This document shows positions 56,118 through 64,000 of a stretch of DNA of 64,000 bases, one piece after another. The stretch lies in NCBI RefSeq assembly GCF_009914755.1, contig NC_060947.1. One strand, written 5' to 3'. A program made the translations under genes and the position numbers. The first letter of the stretch is position 1. Each line of letters starts with the position of its first letter. The stretch comes from the human T2T-CHM13v2.0 reference genome, Homo sapiens. The notes beneath the pieces were generated by a model. It was not told where the DNA came from and did not search any database. It worked only from the letters and a program-made list of their open reading frames with translations.

Positions 56118-59100
56118 CAGAGTTTATTTGATACCTGTGAACCATTTAGATGGTTTGTGTTGTTGTAAGTGGGTGTATGGGGCTTGGCTTTGTTCAGCTT
56201 CCTTGGTCTTACTTTCTCCAAAAAAACGAAACCTCTGGGTTATAGGTTATCTGGCAGGATTTGCAGGATAATTGCCCAGAACTAGAACATTGTTCAAGAT
56301 TTTCTACATTACCCATCCCTTTTTGTTTTCCTTGAGACACAGCTGGAGATTTGTGGTTGGCTCACAGGAATAAGCATGGTTAGTTTAAAATGTAGGCAAA
56401 AACTTAAAAACAACTGAGACTAGAAGTTAATAGAAGATTTATGAAGTTTTAAAAGATAATTTTTCTCTTTAGTCCTCAATTTTGTTAAAAACAACTTATG
56501 ATAGGACTGAGCTGTTTGCAAAATAAACTTTAGTCTTATACTTGTCCTGATTATTTGCATAAAGCACAGCAAGAGTGATCACCTTTACATAGGCCTTTTT
56601 TATTGGCTTTGATGGAACTCTGTTTCACAAGGAATCTCAGATAGGACTTTTTAAAGCCAAGCCCAGCCATGGGTTTGTACCTTCAAATACCTGTGAATTG
56701 GGTAAACTTCTTTTTTCTTGAGGTTCCAAGAGCGTGGGGTTCCTAGGCCTGTTAGTGACATTGTTTACTCACTGCAGGTTAGGAACCCTGTCTACACAGG
56801 GGCTGTGTAGACAAGGTGTGAGGCCAGTTCCCCAAGGGGCTTTTATTGGCTTTGCAAGTCAAGCTTGACTCCTTAAAGGGAAATACACCCTTTCAGTCAA
56901 AGTCTTGGTAAAACAACCAGTTTTTCCAATTGTGTCCTGTTGCAAAACGAAATGGATTCTTATTGCACTGATGCAAACAACTATATTGTTATAAGTTGAG
57001 AATACTTGCAACCAGTTTCTGAATTCTAGAGGAACCAGGCAGAGCAAACAAATATGTTTCAAACCTTGTTTACAGGAGTATACCTTACTTAGTTGTTAAA
57101 GGCTGTAGTTAGCTCAAGACAGGTTTCCTTAAGGGTCAGCAATGTTCCAAGCATAAGTCAAAAAATTGCTTTAGTTTTCTATAGTTCAGTCCATTCCATT
57201 AACTCTCATTCTGCTTGATATTTGTAAACATTTCAGCTTTTTATGAGTCCTGTACATTTTTCTGTTATCAGAAACCTGCATTTAAGAGCACCTATTAAAA
57301 TTCCACAGATGATTATAAACTATTTTTTATTTTGAACAAGATGAAAACAAGATAAAAATTGTCTGTAAATGACAAAATGTCCAGGGTGGTTACAATCAAG
57401 AGCATGATTGACAAATTTGATTATTACCATTGGCTTACAATAACCCAACATAACAACCTTAATTGTGATTAATAGCACATATTTTGACACTAGAACCTTA
57501 GACATCCCATACAGTTTTGGAACATATTTTAATATTATTCTCTAAGATATAACCTGAAGTGCATTAGACATCATTTTGGCAATTCCATGTACCTAAACAT
57601 GTTAAATAATCCTGTTTACCTCTCTTCCGGATGCTCCAGGGGCCCTCTGTAGCACCCAAAAGCTAGGGATCAGGAAAGACAACCTTGAGACTAAAGTTTG
57701 ATTTTGGGAACCTGTTAAAGATGTTCAAAATTTAAAACACTTGGTATTATGAAATAGAATTTTAGATTACAATTAGTTACTTATTTTTCCAAAACGATGA
57801 GTCAAAAATTTGAAAAAGCAAAAACCACTCATCAGCTTTTTCTATTACACGAAAAGCATGTTCAAGAGAGGAAGTTAGATTTTACCCTTGCATTAATTTG
57901 CTATTAATGTTAAACCTAATTTTTTAATGAAACCTTATAGACAATTCTATTCAATCTTAACCAGTTTGACCATAAGGTGAGATTTTTACATACCTGTTAT
58001 AATTGATGAGTTTTGCTAAAGAGCAGATTGGCATTTTAAGAAAACCTTGTTGCACTTTTATTTCAGAGTTTAATTTACAGAAAAAAATACCCTTCTGAAT
58101 TTTGTTAATAGTTTCACACAGAGTTTCCTTTGCAAGATTAATTTTTACAATCTTTTCACAATTTGCTTAAACCTTCCACTTTAATTTAATTTAAGACAAT
58201 TCTTTATTTCTAGGGAGAATGTACATGTCCATGCCTCCTTATAATCTTTAACTAAAAACATCTTTTACTGTTTTTTTTACTCACCTCGTATGCAAATCCA
58301 TGTTCAGTAGTCTCAATTACATGTCATAGCTCTTAGCAATTTTTCACTTCAATGTAAAACCTGATACGTTGTTTTAATTATGTACTAGATACAGATAAAG
58401 TATGACTCCTTTCAGCATAGTTAGGGTCATGGTTACTTCCATATGTTCCTAGGCCTTGCCAATTGTGAAGCAGGTAAGTTGACAGTTTTTAAAGGCCAAA
58501 GAAGCAGTTACAACCTTAAAACATTTAGCAAACCTAGTATCTGACCTGTATAATTTAGACCACATATTTACACCTTTGAAGACATTTGTATTTTACCAAT
58601 AATTCCTAACACTGTTTTTATTTTTAAAGATTAAAGTTCCGTGAACTGAAAGGTACCACAGCTTTTACTTTTCTCTTAAAAATATTTGATTTAAGTGCTT
58701 ATTTTTCTTAGGAAAATTAATTAGAGCTCTTTTTAAATAGACACTACACACATAACACATATGTAACCACACAGACAAACAGAAGAAGATCCAGTAGTTA
58801 TAAGATTTTTCATTTGCTAATTTCCCAATTGGATTATTGGCCTGCTGGTGAGACCCTTTAAGAACAGGGCCAGGAAGACAGTTTCCAGGGCCTAATTACC
58901 AAGCATAGCCAGAAGACAAAGACAGATTTTGAGAGGTATTAATTCACCTCTAATTCCAGGAGTTCCATGAGGAAAATAGAGATTTTTTTTCCAAAATGGG
59001 ATTTGTGGCAACTTTTCTGTTTTCCCTAGGAGTCCCTGGCCACCAGAAGTTATTTTAGGGTCTTTCATGCATGCACCAAGGGTGTCAAGACACAGTGAAA

Positions 59101-59419
59101 AAAAGTAATACAGTTGACTGAGAAAAAAACCTTTTCCAGGAAAACTAGATCTATGAAGAGAAAAACATAAAGCCTTTAAAATATACCCATAGCTTGGATA
59201 TCCACTTTCAATTAAGCTGAGCGCTCTTTAAGAAAATCCTTTTTCATTAATTAAACCATTACAGAGAATGTAAACAGTGATTCTTACCATTTTTTTCCCC
59301 AATTTGCACCACTACCTGTTCACAGTCACATTTAGTTTCTCCAGTTTTCTCTGGGAGAAAGTGGCTGGGCTCAGGCAAGGGCAGTTTTTCAACTGGACTG
59401 CAGATCCCTTTAGCAGCAA

Positions 59420-61272
59420 AGCTTGATAATTGAGGAGGCAATTGTCTGTTAGCTAAAGCCTTTCCTTAAAGGCCAGCAGTCCTGCCATATTGTGTGGGGT
59501 GTAAACAGTTAAGTTATTCCGCATGGTTAACCTAGTGGCCTCTGGCACCAGCAAAACCACTACTACAACTGTGGTTTGCAGGAGGCAGGCTGACCATACT
59601 TTAGCCACAAAGCTAAGTTCCTTGGTTAAGTAGCCATTGGCTTTTGATCTGGACCTCAAGCCATAGTTAAAACTTCCAGGGCCATTTCCTTCCTTTTTGA
59701 CAGATAGAGACTGAATGCTTTCCCAACAGGAAGACTGAGGGCTGGTATTTTAAGGAAAGCTTGCTTTAGCTGGTTAAAGGCTTTTTGAGCCTCAGATTCC
59801 CAAGTGGGGGAGGGGGTGAGTTTTAACCTTTTGAGTTTTTCTTATGAGATGGTATAAAGGGTGAGCCATTTCTCTGTACCCAGGTACTCATGGTCTGAAA
59901 AATTCAGTAATGCCCAATAATCCCCTTAACTGTTAAAGGAAATGGGCTTAATCTTCTCCTCACCTGGTACTCTACTTCCTTCTAATAAGACTAGACCTAG
60001 GTTCTTTACTGAAGTCTGACAGAGCTGAGCTTTAGATTTTGAAACCCTATATCCCCTTTTAGCTAAGAAATTGAAGAGGGTCTTAGTGCCTTCCTGAGAC
60101 CTCCTTGGTCCCAACCAAACTAATATTGTTATTATTAGGTGCAGAGGACAGTGTCATTTACACACTGCAAAGTTTCAACTTGAGAGTGAGAAAAACTAGA
60201 AAGAATTTTAAAAAGGGCCTGTGTAAGCAACTTCCTCCCAATATAGGGGGCTTTCTGAGGAATGAACCTTTTCTTTACTGAATTGGGAGACAAGGAGGTG
60301 TGTTTTATTAAAACCTCTCTCAGTCTTCCTAAAAAGTCAGGGAGATTTTCATCTGGTTTCTGGTTCAACAAGGACAGTTTAGAATAATTAAGAGGTTTGG
60401 TCCTAGTCCTTTGGCCCTCTAATATGTGCATTTAAAAGTGTTTCCTTTTCCATTCATCTATGGGGTCACAGGCCATCCAGTCAGGATTGTCAAGAAGTAT
60501 AGCCTCTCTACCTATTGGGAGTGGTTTTTCCATTATTTCCTCACCTTCCTTATCTCGCCTTTTCCTTTTTGTTCTACTATAGGGATATATTATTCATCTC
60601 TGAACTTTTCTGCTGCTGGAAGAGCTGGCTGCTTTTCAGCTGCAGTGAGGGTTTGGCCTAGAAGCAACATAGCATCTCTGCATGTAAGATTAAACACTTG
60701 CGTTAAATTTTGGAAAGCCTGTATATATTTATCAGGGTCATCAGAGAACCTGCATATATCCTTCTTTATTTGTCTAAAGTCTTGAAATAAGCAGGGAACT
60801 GGTACCCTAGTGGTGCCCCTTCCATCTGGCATTTCTTGTAGGAGTAGTATTGAAACTTGGACAATGGGGAGCTTTGGAGATGGTGGAGCTGGAGGAGCTC
60901 ATGGTGCAGTTGGAAGGGGCACCAGATGAGGGAAACTGGAAGCACTGGGGCACTTAGGAGTCACCTCCAATGGTTCCTCCAAAACTTGCTCTTCTGACTT
61001 AGGGGAACTACTCTCCACAGACCTGCCTGATTTGATTGCTAAGAGGGCTGAGTCGATTGTGCAATGCTTCATCTAATAGTTGGATAATATTAAAGTTAAG
61101 GATCCTTTCCACAGGCTAGGTTTGTTCATTCCCAAGATGGTAAGAAGGCCATGGTAAGAAGATGTCTCCTTGTGCAAAAGAAAATGAGCAGCTTTTTCTT
61201 TAGAGTTTTTGGGTCAAAGGAGTTCAAAATGCACTCCAGAGGAGTGTGGGCCTAAGATGGCTTGCTACCCAT
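59420..61272 (-). pseudogene. gag and partial pol remnants of the class I ERV
   Basis: MGSKPS* start near 61272; capsid motifs 60800-60280; abrupt jump to LQCVND (degenerate YVDD) near 60160; GYRVSKSKAQLCQ. Confidence 0.82.
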
Positions 61273-62921
61273 CCTAGAAAAGAGACAAGATAAAAGGCAT
61301 CCCTTAGTCTCCTTGTTCTTTTTAGTGTGACCCAGGGTGGAGGGGAAGACAGTGGGGGCGCCCCCACCGACGGTTCTCCCTCCTTGGTCCCTGGGTCCTA
61401 GCACCATAATTGCCACCCTGTGGTTGCAGGTATGACCCTCAAACATGGGACCAGAGGAAGAAGTCAATAGGGCTAGTCACAATTGCCTATGTGACCTTAT
61501 TCCTCTGCCTGGTAATTGCCCTTTGACCTCCACGACTTGTATGAACTGCATGGCTCCTTGATGGATGAATCTCAGGAGAGATTATGTAACAGTTGCATTT
61601 GAGCAAGGCCCCTTAATGGAGGGAGTGTACTGGACTGAGCTTTATACTCTGCTGTTATAGACTGGACTAGAGAATTTATTCTTAGGTGGTGGTTCCAGTT
61701 AACTTTCAGACATAAAATCCCCTTTCTATTTAGATGCCATTCTAGTTGTAGACACAATAGGTGTCTTAGGAAAACATAAGGGTCAAATGGTGGCCTTCCT
61801 GCTAATGGAGAGAGTATTGAGACTAAAATTTGTCTTTAGAGGACATTTTTTCTCCTCACTGCTGAAAGCAGAGTTCTCCTGTTCACAGATGGGGCATAAG
61901 GTTTGGTCTCTAGCAGAGGGACGTAAAAGGGAGAAGAATTGGAAAGCTAGAGAGAGGCTTTTGGCAAAGGGCAGACAAGGTTCTGCATGGAGCGGATTCC
62001 TATTCCACTAGGTGGAGGTGTAAGCCTTGAAATACCAGGCAGTAACTTTGCCTCCATATGCTCTCTAAACAAAGGATGGAGAGGGAAGTCTGACATTTGG
62101 CAAGCTGTCCCCACAGCATACCTCCTAGCAGGAGAAGGTTACTTCGCCTCACAGAGGGACTATCCAGTTTGACTGGGCAGTGCTGTCTCCTTACATGGAA
62201 AAAGAAATAGCCTACATGGAGAGACGGACATTCACTGGGGTAGGGAGTAACCTCCTACTCAACCCCAGGAAGTGTTATCATTAGGAGTTAAATAGTCTTT
62301 GAGATCTGGAACATGAAATCCCCCTGTCTGTAGAAAGTCACAAAAACAGCAATCCCTTGACCTGCATGCCTGGTTGCTAAGCCTGCCTAATTGAATTATT
62401 TCCCAGGGCTGTAAAAACTCTTGTAGCATTGCATACAGAGAGGGGATGGGAGACATGGTGACCATGGAAAGGAAAGGAGGAAAATAAAATTTGCAATAGG
62501 AAAGCTTGGAGATCCTATGTCTGACAACCAGTCGGGCATAGGGGGCTGGTTGGGGCTAGGGTCAGCCTAGGAGCCTGTGGACAACACCAGGGTGTAGCTC
62601 TGGTCAGAAATCCTCAGTTGCTCCAGGACCTATTCCAGCCCTGCACAACGGCAAAGTTCTCCATTAAAGGAAACTTGCTTGGACAGAGCCAACATTCCTA
62701 GCACCCCGAGGGTACTGGGGGATTGACTAAGTCCTCCCCAGCAAGCTTCACATCTGAGTCTTCAAGACCGGTGGCTAGCCCTCATGGCTCATTAATCAGC
62801 TGACAGATGCTTGGTTTTTAAAATAGTTCTTTGAGAGAATAAAAACTGAGTACAGGAAACCTTGGAAATGAAAGTAAAGAGTCTGCTCCTTTACGCACTT
62901 TTCTGATGAATTCGCCTTCTA

Positions 62922-62939
62922 ATCCTAGGCGAGCCCCCA
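62922..62939 (-). promoter_or_regulatory. Primer-binding site, tRNA-Pro
   Basis: TGGGGGCTCGCCTAGGAT on the - strand, 3 nt from the LTR; 15/18 to canonical TGGGGGCTCGTCCGGGAT. Confidence 0.85.
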
Positions 62940-62942
62940 AAA

Positions 62943-63127
62943 TGAAGCAGCTTTATTGTCTGGGGTAAATCTTCCAGGCTGCTCTTTGTTAGAAGAGAAG
63001 TGATTTCTTTGAACTGCATGAGGTTAGAAAGGGATTTCTGAGCTTCTTTTTGTTAGATGGAAAGTTTTCTGCCAGGGAATCTTTTTACACTGTCTATCCA
63101 AATAATTTCTTTCTATCTCCTATAACA
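62943..63127 (-). repeat. ERV 5' LTR, internally deleted (185 bp)
   Basis: Both termini match the 3' LTR, joined at ggggtaaat|cttccaggctg. Confidence 0.88.
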
Positions 63128-63385
63128 GTAGAAAGAGCAAGAGAACTAGATTTAGAAGTGGAGCCTGAATATGTGACTGAATTGCTGCAATCTCATTTTA
63201 AAACTTGAATGGCTAGGGAGTTCCTTCCTATGGATGACCAAAGACGGTGGTTTCTTGAGATGGAGTCTATCCCTGGTGAAGATGCTGTGAACATTGCTGA
63301 AATGACAATAAAGTATTTAGAATATTATATAAACTTAGTTGATAAAGCAGTGGTAGAGTTTGAGAGGATTGACTCCAATTTTTAA

Positions 63386-63727
<342 letters not shown>

Positions 63728-64000
63728 CACTGTTGTCTTATTTTAAGAAATTGTCACAGCCACTCAAGCCTTCAGCAGATCCCACCGTGATCAGTCAGAA
63801 GCCATCAACATATAGGACCAGCTGGTGGTGCCTCCACCAGCAAAAGTATTAGGACTTGCCAAAGGCTCAGATGATTGTTAGCAATTTTTAGGAATAATAT
63901 ATTTTTAGATTAAGATACATACATGGTTTTTTAGATATCATTTGATTGCAAACTGAGTAGGCTACAGTATAGTGTAAACATAACTTTTCTATGCACTGGG

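Larger units (their letters stand above)
54627..63127 (-). mobile_element. Class I ERV (HUERS-P / MER4-group-like), deleted and non-autonomous
   Basis: TG...CA ends with 4-bp TSD GTAG (54623-54626, 63128-63131); gag remnants (FSDDPDKYIQAFQNLTQVF, KPLNYSKL), partial RT, long AT-rich tract, env TM tail. Exact family not assigned. Confidence 0.9.

Overview
Human genomic DNA: an AluYb8 with the diagnostic 7-bp duplication is present, and that subfamily is human-specific. The window is AT-rich and mostly transposon-derived, with no complete protein-coding gene. Three nested transposon stacks dominate it. (1) 14.6-34.9 kb: an old full-length L1MA-type element (-) carrying a full-length Hsmar1 mariner, an internally deleted L1PA7/8-like element (+), an AluYb8 and a near-full-length L1PA2/3 (-) whose antisense ORF0 is still open. 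(2) 42.7-52.1 kb: an old L1M (+) carrying a GEMIN8 processed pseudogene and a two-LTR HERV-L/MLT2A provirus. (3) 52.7-64 kb: a Tigger1 carrying three Alus (one inside the ERV) and a class I ERV with a tRNA-Pro primer site. The unique DNA holds a candidate + strand exon (ATG 2159, phase-2 GTAAGT donor at 2284) and several enhancer-like blocks, one with a perfect PBX-MEIS/PREP decamer. From memory, not verified, this may be DACH2 intron 1 on Xq21 with GEMIN8P3. I cannot demonstrate a new biological system. The best lead is that the candidate exon and both usable L1 ORF0 donors are all phase 2 on the + strand, so they could give alternative in-frame N-termini to the same downstream host exon. Subfamily calls and consensus comparisons were made by eye from memory and need RepeatMasker/BLAT confirmation.
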